The position numbers and the translations under genes were made by a program. A stretch of 64,000 nt of DNA from an uncultured virus (IMG/VR IMGVR_UViG_3300048503_000017). Taxonomy: Duplodnaviria > Heunggongvirae > Uroviricota > Caudoviricetes. Location: IMG/VR virus record IMGVR_UViG_3300048503_000017; one strand, written 5' to 3'. The first letter of the stretch is position 1; each line of letters opens with the position of its first letter. This document shows, in pieces, positions 9,903-19,000 of the stretch. The notes beneath the pieces were generated by a model that had not been told where the DNA came from, did not search any database, and saw nothing but the letters and a program-made list of their open reading frames with translations.

Positions 9903-10427
9903 ATGAACGCGCTGATTATGTGGTGGGGCGTACCTACAATGCTCCAGATCGTGCTCTGCATCGTAATTATCACTCGTGAAGTGTGGACGGGCGGAAAGAA
10001 GTGGAAGCCATGACCCGCCCGCGCATCACCGAATGGCCGTATGCCGATCCTGACCAGCAGGACGATCCGGTTCCCGACGTGCCGCTGCTGGCCGTGTTGG
10101 TTGCGGTCGTGTGGCGGCTGCGCTGGCTGCTGTTCGGTATTGCAGCGGGCATTGTGGCGATTGGAGCGACCTGGCTTGGGGGGAGGATGTGATGACATCG
10201 CTTCGGGCAAAGATCGATACGATTGGCGCATTAACCCTTCTGATAGTGGCGGTGGTTGCCGTCGTGGGGCTGGTGTTTTGGCTGGCTTGGAGGCTGGGAT
10301 GACCCGCGCCCTGCTCATGCTGTACGAGGACCTCGCCGATCACTGCCGCTCGAACCGGCTGGGGATGGCGTGCATTGACGCGCTGAATTTGGCGTGGTGG
10401 ATGTTTGTTTGGAGGGTAGTGCTGTGA
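9903..10427 (+). CDS. four coupled small hydrophobic ORFs (9903-10013, 10010-10192, 10192-10302, 10299-10427)
   Basis: ATGA/TGATG start-stop overlaps, TM-like hydrophobic segments, GGAAGG RBS at the first. Confidence 0.55.
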
Positions 10428-10711
10428 GCGACAAACGCAATTTCGCAGGATCGCTTCACTTGTCTGAAGTTATTAACGAGGAACTTCACGAGCGGGGATG
10501 GACTCTACGCGACCTCGTTTTCAGGATGCGCCGCTATGAGAGCGAAAAGGACTGGGGAATTGAGATGCTGGCGATGGAAATGTTTATGGTCGTACACGAG
10601 AAGACTGTGACGCTCGACCAGAAGACGGCGGACGGCCTCGGTACGGCGTTCGATATAAGCCCACAGTTCTTCATCAATTTCCACGAGGCGTGGCGTGCGA
10701 AACAACCGTGA
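10424..10711 (+). CDS. HigA-like XRE HTH protein
   Basis: HLSEVINEELHERGWT...TADGLGTAFDISPQFFIN resembles HigA-type antitoxin HTH. Confidence 0.6.
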   Translation: MSDKRNFAGSLHLSEVINEELHERGWTLRDLVFRMRRYESEKDWGIEMLAMEMFMVVHEKTVTLDQKTADGLGTAFDISPQFFINFHEAWRAKQP

Positions 10712-10783
10712 CGGCGCGATACTGGCGTGCGCGGTGACGGTAATACGGATGATTGCCCGCTGACGGGCACGGAGGAGAAGATC

Positions 10784-10990
10784 ATGGAAGCTAACCAGCA
10801 GCGAGTTGTAGACGAAAAATTGGCATTGTCTGACAAACTAGACAAGCTCGAAACCTTTCACAACACGGTGATTTACGCAGGACTTCCGCCAGCCGAACAA
10901 TCGCGCCTCACCCGCCAGTTGTACATTATGAAACTCTACGAGCAAGTTCTTGCCGAACGCATCTCTGCGTTTGCCACTCCAGCGCCCTAA
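10784..10990 (+). CDS. crAss001_48-like small helical phage protein
   Basis: QQRVVDEK..L..KL.KL..F...L...EQSRL.RQ...M..Y..VL.ERI..F pattern. Confidence 0.6.
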   Translation: MEANQQRVVDEKLALSDKLDKLETFHNTVIYAGLPPAEQSRLTRQLYIMKLYEQVLAERISAFATPAP

Positions 10991-11006
10991 CCCAGCCGCA
11001 CAAACC

Positions 11007-11037
11007 AAAGGCCCCTCCAGTAACGGAAGGGCCTTGG
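11007..11037. terminator. hairpin between convergent genes
   Basis: AAGGCCCCTCC-AGTAAC-GGAAGGGCCTT. Confidence 0.5.
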
Positions 11038-11064
11038 CGTTCCCGCTCTGGACTTCCCCCTTTC

Positions 11065-11523
11065 CTATGGATTGAACACCACAGCCTGATAAGCCCCGGC
11101 CCCGTTAGTCTCACCCGTGAGCGCCATTCTGCGCTGTTCCGCCAGTGCTCCGTTGTAGCTGATGTGGATGCAGACCGGCGTCTGCGTGCCGGGGTGACAC
11201 TCCAAGATGACTTGATCGACGGGTAAATGACTTTCCAGCCTGATCCAGTCGAAGACGGTCTCCAGCAATTCCCCCAAAGGCCGAATATCCGCCGCGCTGT
11301 TCTCGCCCAGGTACAGATGCTGGCTCGTGGCAGCCCCACCTACAGCCGCGTTGTGCTCCGGAGTGCGGTAACCGTCGTCCACTGCTATCGGGCCGTACTG
11401 CGCCCGAATGGGCTCCAGCAAGAGGGTGCAGAGTTGCTGGGCGTTCGCTACCTGCTGCGGAGTTGCGCCGCTGCCAGATTGCACGCCAAGCTCGGTGTCG
11501 GAAAAGTGCGGGGAAAGCATCAT
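11065..11523 (-). CDS. endolysin, peptidase M15A family
   Basis: LSPHF..EL, GYRTPEHNAAVGGA.TSQH...AADI, IHIS zinc-ligand motifs. Confidence 0.85.
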   Translation of the reverse strand: MMLSPHFSDTELGVQSGSGATPQQVANAQQLCTLLLEPIRAQYGPIAVDDGYRTPEHNAAVGGAATSQHLYLGENSAADIRPLGELLETVFDWIRLESHLPVDQVILECHPGTQTPVCIHISYNGALAEQRRMALTGETNGAGAYQAVVFNP

Positions 11524-11741
11524 TTTGTTTCCTCTTTCGGCGCGTTTTCACTTTCTGCCATAAGCGGGAAATGCTCGGTGAGAACCTGTGTGAGAATATC
11601 CAGTGCGAGAACGAACTCATCCCGCACATCACTGCAAGCTGGGTCTGGAATATCCATCGCCACAATGCGGTTACGCTGGTCGATGAATTTGTCCATTCCA
11701 ATACGATATTCAGTAGACTGTTCATTCGTTTCTGTGCTCAT
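11520..11741 (-). CDS. hypothetical protein
   Basis: GGAGG RBS, ATGA overlap. Confidence 0.55.
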   Translation of the reverse strand: MSTETNEQSTEYRIGMDKFIDQRNRIVAMDIPDPACSDVRDEFVLALDILTQVLTEHFPLMAESENAPKEETK

Positions 11742-11818
11742 TTATGCCTCCAAAAAGACGGGCCGGTGGGAGCTGACCAAGCCACCGGCACGTATGCGCA
11801 CCCCACGCATTCAACTAT

Positions 11819-12319
11819 TCATACTTTCGCAACGCCAAGCGTCGGATTCAGGTCCACTTCCCCGTCCCAGGCCGTGCTGAAGTCCTGTGCCGGAGATTTA
11901 TCCCAGTGGTGTTTGATGGTCGCCTTGCCAAACCACGGGCTATTGGTATTCAGTGTCTTGGCCGCTGTCAGCAACAGGTGGGCATCGTGTGCTCCATTCC
12001 CAGTCTGCTGAGGCTGCGTCACAGCATTGGCGATCAGCAGGTTCAGCGCCGCGAACGCGATGGCTATGAAAGGCGCGTAGATTGACGTGAGTGGAATCAA
12101 GTTCAGGACCACGATAACGGCTTGCTCCGCGTCCTGAAGGATTGCCACAGGACTCCCTGTAACCCAGTTCGATGTGACCTGGATAAGGGCGTCACCGGCA
12201 GCTTTCAGTTGAGTTGCGAGAGTGGGGTCGGTGGCCTGTAGCAGACCAGCGATGCTGTCGATTGCTGTTCCTACCGCTTTGCCATCAGCTGCGATTTGGG
12301 CACTTGTGATTTTGCACAT
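11819..12319 (-). CDS. hypothetical membrane-associated protein
   Basis: AAGGAG RBS, hydrophobic central segment. Confidence 0.6.
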   Translation of the reverse strand: MCKITSAQIAADGKAVGTAIDSIAGLLQATDPTLATQLKAAGDALIQVTSNWVTGSPVAILQDAEQAVIVVLNLIPLTSIYAPFIAIAFAALNLLIANAVTQPQQTGNGAHDAHLLLTAAKTLNTNSPWFGKATIKHHWDKSPAQDFSTAWDGEVDLNPTLGVAKV

Positions 12320-12406
12320 TTGGTTCTCCTTCTTAGTTTGGGTTTTGGGTGATTCTGCCCTGCGCGTCACGCGGGCCTACGCGGGTGCCGACTTTTGGGA
12401 GGGTGT

Positions 12407-12790
12407 TCATTTGACTGCCTGTACCTCTGGCTTATGAACAGCGTACACCTCAGCGGCAGGAGAATCCGCAGAATATTTCTGCTCAAATCCGTGCGAGAAC
12501 TCCGGTTGTGCCGTCTTTTTTGCCATCAAGTCGCGCACAAGCTCTTGTGTCTGCGCCGGTTGAACGATGTTGATAGCCTTGATTTGCGCGCTCAGGGCGT
12601 CGATCTGGCGCTGCATATCCGTCATGCGCTTATCGTGATCGCCTGTAGCGGCTGTAATCTTGCTGTCTTCTTCCGCGAACTTGCCGTTGAGCCACACTGC
12701 GCCGCCCCAGACGGACCCTCCGAAACCTCCGAGAATGGTTAGCACGGCCAGGATCAAGGGCAGTTGAGACGTATTGGCGCGAGTGGTCAT
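12407..12790 (-). CDS. N-terminal TM plus coiled-coil protein (lysis-associated)
   Basis: LPLILAVLTILGGFGG TM followed by heptads. Confidence 0.55.
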   Translation of the reverse strand: MTTRANTSQLPLILAVLTILGGFGGSVWGGAVWLNGKFAEEDSKITAATGDHDKRMTDMQRQIDALSAQIKAINIVQPAQTQELVRDLMAKKTAQPEFSHGFEQKYSADSPAAEVYAVHKPEVQAVK

Positions 12791-13698
12791 GCTGCTTTCG
12801 ACACCCAAGGTGCGCCTGTATGGTTGCACCATTGATCGCTCACGCAGCTACCATTGTTGGGATCGTTGAGGGTGACGAACGCATAAGGCATCCAGTAACA
12901 ACCGCCGTCAGTATGCCCCGGCGCGTCGATTCCATCCAGCCACACGCTCTTGTCGCCCCAGCTATTCTGCACGAAAAGACCACCCTTGCTGCCGTCAGGG
13001 AACTCAATCAAATCCGAAAATCCAATACAATGCTGTGCGTGTCCGCCTTGCAATTGCTCTGTGCTTAGGTTTGGCATCGGCATGAATCCCGGTACCGGCC
13101 ATGTTGACTCGAACGAATCGTAGACGTTAATGCCGAAGATAAATGAATGCCCCGGACCAGCCGTGCTCGGCGCGAGACATGACTTCATTGATGGCAAGTC
13201 TGGCAAAAAATGGTAGGCATCCATGCGGTAGAGCAGCCCATTAGTATATTGCGTTGCATTGGGAGGCGTAGAGAACTGACTGTCCGAATAGGGCATCTGA
13301 ACGTTGGAACACGCTCCTTTTTGGCTGATCGTGATCGCCGTCTGGTGGAGTGTGCTACCCGCATCGGTACCAAGGTTTCCGTCCGCGATCAAGTCGCAGA
13401 GGTAGACAAACTCAGCCGAGGTCATCAGCAGCGAAGGCAGCACGGTGCGGTCGGGCCAGCCAGCAGCGAATTGGCGATAGTCAAGATCGATCTTTGATCC
13501 GCCCGCGTTCCCGCAGCAGCTTCCTTCCTGCCCCTGGTCGCGAGTCGGCCCCTTGTAGGCGCACAGGCCCATCGCAGTAGGCGGCAGGACGATAGTCGGG
13601 TCAGCCTGGAGTGCGCGCAACGTCCGCGCCGGGTTGAGTGGATTGTCTCGATACGCTCCATAGCGGCGTCCTGCGGGTGACAGCGGAAGAAAACTCAT
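12787..13698 (-). CDS. papain-like C1 family cysteine peptidase
   Basis: RDQGQEGSCCG (oxyanion Gln, catalytic Cys), GGHA (His), QNSWG (Asn), GCYWMPY. Confidence 0.85.
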   Translation of the reverse strand: MSFLPLSPAGRRYGAYRDNPLNPARTLRALQADPTIVLPPTAMGLCAYKGPTRDQGQEGSCCGNAGGSKIDLDYRQFAAGWPDRTVLPSLLMTSAEFVYLCDLIADGNLGTDAGSTLHQTAITISQKGACSNVQMPYSDSQFSTPPNATQYTNGLLYRMDAYHFLPDLPSMKSCLAPSTAGPGHSFIFGINVYDSFESTWPVPGFMPMPNLSTEQLQGGHAQHCIGFSDLIEFPDGSKGGLFVQNSWGDKSVWLDGIDAPGHTDGGCYWMPYAFVTLNDPNNGSCVSDQWCNHTGAPWVSKAA

Positions 13699-13705
13699 AG
13701 TGTCC

Positions 13706-14014
13706 TCAATTCGGGTTTTGGGTGATGCGCCCCTGCGTGTCACGCTGGATTGCGGGGTCGTTCGGAGCGGGCGAAATTACGGTTGTCTTGGTAAGGGTTT
13801 CGGTTGTTACCTGAGGGGGAACCGGCAACCCATCTTTGAGAATTTGCAGGACCGGAGTAGCGAATCCAAACAGCGCCAATTGCCCCACCTTCGCCCATCC
13901 GTGTGCGGACGTTACGTTGAAGGTTACCGGATCGAGGAAGCAAGCTCCGACGCTCCCTGCTGCACCGCTGACCCCTGCCGAGAATAGATGGTATAGCCAG
14001 TCTCTCCAATTCAT
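13706..14014 (-). CDS. holin-like membrane protein
   Basis: MNWRDWLYHLFSAGVSGAAG; two hydrophobic segments; lysis cluster. Confidence 0.5.
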   Translation of the reverse strand: MNWRDWLYHLFSAGVSGAAGSVGACFLDPVTFNVTSAHGWAKVGQLALFGFATPVLQILKDGLPVPPQVTTETLTKTTVISPAPNDPAIQRDTQGRITQNPN

Positions 14015-14123
14015 TGCTTGCCCCTTCCTTTCGGCCACTGCTTGCGAAGCCTTTCCTGCCCCTCGCGCTCGGCCGCCGTTAGTTCGGGGGGATACCACGG
14101 GCCTGTTTGCCGCCGTGCGCTCG

Positions 14124-14291
14124 TCATCTCGTTTGGCCCCTCTGCTCCCGCTGCCATTGCTGCACCTTGGCGGTTGCCGCTGCTTCCTTCCGCATCCACT
14201 CTTCGTACTGCTCCTCAGTCCAAGTTCCACCGCGCCCATCCGCGAATCTTCCGGGGCCGACGCGGGTACCGACTTTGGGAAGGGCGTTCAC
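14124..14291 (-). CDS. small hypothetical protein
   Basis: GTG start, MNALPKVGTRVGPGRF...; below ORF-track cutoff. Confidence 0.4.
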   Translation of the reverse strand: MNALPKVGTRVGPGRFADGRGGTWTEEQYEEWMRKEAAATAKVQQWQREQRGQTR

Positions 14292-14309
14292 GGAATCAGT
14301 CTATACCCT

Positions 14310-14606
14310 TCATTTGAAAAGTAGGGCAATTTTGTCGTTGTGGTCTACGATCCACCCGATCAGAGCAGCCGCGCCAATCCAGCCAACCATCTTCCACTTG
14401 AACTCTTCCAGGCTCTTGATGCGATCTTTCAGGGTGGGAACTTCCTTGGTCTGTTCCTTCACGACAGCCACGTCTGTAACCAGCGCCCCAAGCGTCACGG
14501 CCTGCGTTGTCAGCATGTCGAGCATTCGATCAGCCTGTGCAGATTGCAGTTTATAGAGCCTCTCCGCTAGGTCGTGTGCGCTCTGGAATGGTGTCGTGTC
14601 CGCCAT
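14310..14606 (-). CDS. coiled-coil plus C-terminal TM protein (holin/XhlA-like)
   Basis: RIKSLEEFKWKMVGWIGAAALIGW; AGGAG RBS. Confidence 0.55.
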   Translation of the reverse strand: MADTTPFQSAHDLAERLYKLQSAQADRMLDMLTTQAVTLGALVTDVAVVKEQTKEVPTLKDRIKSLEEFKWKMVGWIGAAALIGWIVDHNDKIALLFK

Positions 14607-14685
14607 CGTTCTCTCCTTAGCCCATTTGTCCCGCATCCCCGATTACTGGATGCGATGCGGGGCGCTGAACTTCGTCAGCTTTAAC

Positions 14686-14880
14686 CTACCGTAAGAATGG
14701 ATGATCGATGCCACCGGCAAGCGGCAGCAGAAGATAGATCAGCCACAGGCAAAATATGAACACGCACACGACTTGTGCGATTTTGGCGAATGGTTGCGGC
14801 AGCGGGATGGCGGTGATAATCCACCAGATCAGTCCGAGGACGATGCACATAATGAGAATTGTGAACAGCACGGAAATCAT
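14686..14880 (-). CDS. small 2-TM membrane protein (Thivi_2564-like)
   Basis: two TM helices around IPLPQPF; GGAGG RBS. Confidence 0.6.
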   Translation of the reverse strand: MISVLFTILIMCIVLGLIWWIITAIPLPQPFAKIAQVVCVFIFCLWLIYLLLPLAGGIDHPFLR

Positions 14881-15044
14881 TTGGTACCTCCTGTTTGTAC
14901 CGGGTTAGGGTTTACATGCGTGTGAAATTGGTTCCCTTTCTCTCCCGCCCCGCGCGGGCCGCTGGACTCATGCCAGCTACTTATCCGTTTCTTCCGACCT
15001 CGTTCATGCTCATTGTCTCACCTCATCGCGTGAGCCCTTGTCTG

Positions 15045-15464
15045 TTAGTTTACCCAGGTCGCGGAAGTGAATCCAGGGGGGACCGGCACAGCAGCAGGCG
15101 TGGTCACAGGGAAATTGATTGAAGCTGTCGAAACTCCTCCACCTGTAACATACGTCACCGTCGCGTAGTAGCAATAGCTCGAATTGCTCACCGCCGTGGT
15201 GTCCGGGTAAACGAAGGTACTGTTTGACGCGGTAACGGTCGTTGCAGCGAAGTTGGAGGCTAGTTCGGTCCAGGTAAGCGTACCGAGTCCAGAGGGTGGG
15301 CAGGTGCCTGTGGCACGATAGATTTGCGCTGTGCAAGTCGCTGCCGTTGTGCAGCTAGGGTCGGCCAGCGTGACGGTTTCAGTGCCGGTGATCTGTGCGT
15401 GGACGGCGACCGGAGTGCTTAAAGCTACGACGGCGAAAGCCAGTGCGAAGAGAATCCTTTTCAT
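15045..15464 (-). CDS. secreted FN3-like beta-sandwich protein
   Basis: signal peptide MKRILFALAFAVVALSTPVAVHA|Q; IYR...Y.DT.V....YCYYAT pattern. Confidence 0.65.
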   Translation of the reverse strand: MKRILFALAFAVVALSTPVAVHAQITGTETVTLADPSCTTAATCTAQIYRATGTCPPSGLGTLTWTELASNFAATTVTASNSTFVYPDTTAVSNSSYCYYATVTYVTGGGVSTASINFPVTTPAAVPVPPGFTSATWVN

Positions 15465-15573
15465 TGTGTGCCTCCATTTGGAGTTACGGTTATTGTCGGA
15501 GCGGTCGGAACCGTCAAGGGTGGTGTATGGCCACAGCCAAGGAGTAAGAGCAGCAAGAGCAAAGGAGCAAGTT

Positions 15574-15831
15574 TCATCCATATGCCTCATCGCATAGCCG
15601 CCTCAGTTTCCTGCGTTTCAGCGTGAACAGAACTGCGTCGATGGTTCTCTCGACGCCTAACTTCTCTCGAATATGCCGTGAGTGCGCTTTCATGGTGTCC
15701 CGGCTGATTCTGAGTTTTGCCTCTACCTGTTCCGGCCTCTTCCATAGACAGAGCAGGTACAGCACTTCAAGTTCCCGATGCGTAAGCTCGGCGTGTGTGC
15801 GACTGGTCGGAAGATGGAGTGTGGCTGTCAT
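15574..15831 (-). CDS. LuxR-type HTH regulator
   Basis: LTHRELEVL...VEAKLRISRDTMKAHSRHIREKLGV. Confidence 0.8.
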   Translation of the reverse strand: MTATLHLPTSRTHAELTHRELEVLYLLCLWKRPEQVEAKLRISRDTMKAHSRHIREKLGVERTIDAVLFTLKRRKLRRLCDEAYG

Positions 15832-16016
15832 TGTTCCTCCGTCGTATAGAGCGTGAGGATGAGAGCGGCGAGAATGAGTAGTTTTTTCATTAGTTGGAAA
15901 ACTGAATGGAAATTGACCCGGCGACCGCTGGCAGTCCTGTCCATCCGCCAGAATGCTCCAAGCTCAGCCACGATCAGCAGTACCAGAATCCCGATTGCCC
16001 ATTGCCATGTGTGCAT
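15828..16016 (-). CDS. small membrane protein
   Basis: two hydrophobic segments, RBS. Confidence 0.5.
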   Translation of the reverse strand: MHTWQWAIGILVLLIVAELGAFWRMDRTASGRRVNFHSVFQLMKKLLILAALILTLYTTEEQ

Positions 16017-16089
16017 TGTGTCTCCCTCTCAGGCACCGTTCAGATGTATTCAACTTAGTTACCGGTGCAAGCTACTACCATGATGTCAC

Positions 16090-19000
16090 TTAATTCCCGT
16101 CGCAGTGATAGAACAGGTTGCCGGTCAGTGCCGGAAAAGTGAATGTCACCGCTGTATTGCTTTGGATGCTGTTATAGACGTTGGTTGCCAGCGTTGTACT
16201 GGAATTGGCCGTGCAGAACGCTGCGTTGGTCCAGCCGGAGTTGGCAAAGGTTATAGTCACACTCGTAGCTGCACTCAACCCAGTAATCTCTCCGCCCGCG
16301 TTGGTTGAATAGGCCGCCACGCTACCCGCCGAAGCTGTGGGAGCGGTTGCCGTTATGTGCTGAGTGCCGAACTTCCAAGTGCCGATTGTCGAGGAATTGC
16401 CGAGTGTCGTCGTGTTGCTGCCGTGGCCGATTGCGGTGTTTCCGATTACATTTTCGTTCGTATCGCCAGAGGCAAGCGGGTAGGCTTGATAACCCTCATA
16501 CACTGAGTTGCTGCTGGTTTGATTGGCAGTTACTCCATCCGCGATGTATTGTCCCGCCGCGTACCCATTCGCGGTGTTGTTGCTGCCGGTGGTGTTGGAG
16601 TAGAGCGCCTGATACCCATTCGCGGTGTTGCTGTTGCCGGTGGTGTTGGAGTCGAGCGCCTGAAACCCATTCGCGCTGTTGTTGGAGCCGGTGGTGTTGA
16701 GGTGTAGCGCCGCATGCCCATTCGCGGTGTTGTAGTTGCCGCTGGTGTTGGCGGCGAGCGCCTGAAACCCATTCGCGATGTTGGCGGCGCCGATGGTGTT
16801 GGCGTTGAGCGCGTACATCCCATTCGCGGCGTTGTAGCTGCCGGCGGTGTTGGACTGGAGCGCCTGAAACCCATTCGCGGTGTTGTCGTTGCCGGTGCCA
16901 GTCAGATTGCCCGCTCCACCGGAGTAGTAGTTGTTGAGCGATGTCTGTGACTGGAGGGCCGGAACCCCATTTAACAAAACACCGCTTGAACCGATAGTTG
17001 TAGGTGTTGTAGCGCCAGCCGTGACGGTGCCTGTCGCCGTGATATTCGTAAACGCCCCTGTGCTTGGAGTCGTCCCGCCGATAGGGCCGGGAGATGCCGG
17101 GTTGAAGCCGCCGCCGCCCGTGGAACTAATCACCCCCCCAGCAATCGTAATCGTTGTGCCATCCGGTCTCACAGCGCCCTGCGCGATGGTCGTAGCTGTT
17201 GGGAGATTTGCAGCAGGAACTAACCCGCTCGATAGCTGCAAGCAATCGCTGCCTGACGTGCCCGCTGTGCAGTTGGCAGGGGTATATCCAAGCGCCGCTT
17301 GTTTGCCATTCCAGTTTCCTTCATCGGTGGTTGTAGGCATGTAGTATCCGGCAGCCGCAGCCGCCGTAATAGAGGTTCCGCCAGAACCGGACAGAATCCC
17401 ACCCAAAGTTATCGTCTGGTTGGCAGTCAGGTAAGCATTCGTGTCTAGAGCAAATGTCCCCGCCGCCGTCATCTTCACAAACGGGGTGCCAGAGACCCAC
17501 GTTGGATAGTTCAGAGCACCCCACGTGCCGACGGATGGGATTGCGCTGGTCAGAGCTAGAGTTCCAGTCGCTCCCGGCTGAGTGATCGTGTACGGACCGG
17601 CGATAGTGTAACTGGCTGGCAGTTTCATCGTTGCGCTGCTGAAGTCCTGCAAGCCGGTCGTGTAAGTGTTGGCCTGCCCTGCGCCTACCAACGCGCCTGT
17701 AGGTGCTGTGAGCGATGTGCCCCAGGCTGAGCCGGTAGAAACGCCAATTCCCGCACCAGGATAAGTCATGCTGCCGCTCGGCATACAACTCCCGCCGGAG
17801 CTGGTCAAGCACTTAAGCTGGTGCGCGGTCGAATCCAGATAGAGACGATCATAGGTGGATGCTGGGTTGGCTGGGGCTGCGATCTCCAGCGCGTCCTGGT
17901 AGCTGGTTCCAGCGCCGCCGTTGAAGCCGGTTCCGCTCGCTGATGGGCAACTCGCGTCCGTCAGGTTCCCGTTCGCGTCGTGGCAAACGGAAGTGAGAGC
18001 TGAGGGCGTGTTCCAGCTTAGCGATAGCGGTATCTTGACGCCGCTGGAGTTGCCGTTGTAGCCGGTCAAAGTAGAAGGTAGGATTATTGAGACTCCGCCG
18101 ATAGAATAGCTTGAGGCCGAGACGGTGCCTGAAGCGGTGACATTAGTCGGCGCAATCGCCCCTGGTGAGGACACATACGCTGTAGTCGCCACTTTGGTGC
18201 TGTTGTCGCCCGGTGATTGCGTAGTGGCTGTGGTGCCGTTGGGAATCGCCGTTGTGCCACTTACCGCTGCGCCTGTAGATGAGTAGTAGGCTAACTGGCC
18301 AGATGTGCCGCTGTTCACTATGCCGGAGCCGGAGGGTACTGCCGTGCTGCAATTGAGCAGCGTTCCTGATGCCGTGTAGGTGCACATATCACCATCAACG
18401 TAGGTTCCTGCAAGGAGCGACAACGCCTTCTGCGCGCCGAAGGAATGGTAATCGAATGTCACCGCCGCTGCGCCGTTGAAGGTTGAACTTGGTGCCGCTC
18501 CACCTGTTGCCGCCGCTGTAAGTGCGTTTGTGGTAGTACCACCCCCACCTGGAGTCGTCCACGAAGGCGCTCCGGCTGAGGTTTCCTGTAGCCATTTCGT
18601 GCCCGATGTATTTCCGTTAAGAAGCGCCCACGAAGTACAGCCGCTAGAGTACGTCGCGCAGTAGATCAGATCGCCGACTTCGGAGGCTGTGGGAAATAGA
18701 TTGATGAGAGCATTTGCGGCACTCGTAGCATTGGTTCCACCATTTGCGATAGGCAGAGTTCCGCTCACATCCGCCGTCAGCGATACCGCGCTCGAAGTAA
18801 GAGCCGACTCGTTCACGCCATCATTCGAGGCCGGTGCCGCCGCGTGCAGAATTCCCGCTGCCGCAGTCGCTGGGAGCTTGTAGAGGAAAGCAGTACCGCC
18901 CGTAGCAGGAGCCGCAAAGCCCGCGCTGTTGGCAGTGAGTGCAGGAATGCTGCCTGAGCCTGCTACCAAACTCATCGCCGCTGGAGTTGTGCCTGTTCCG

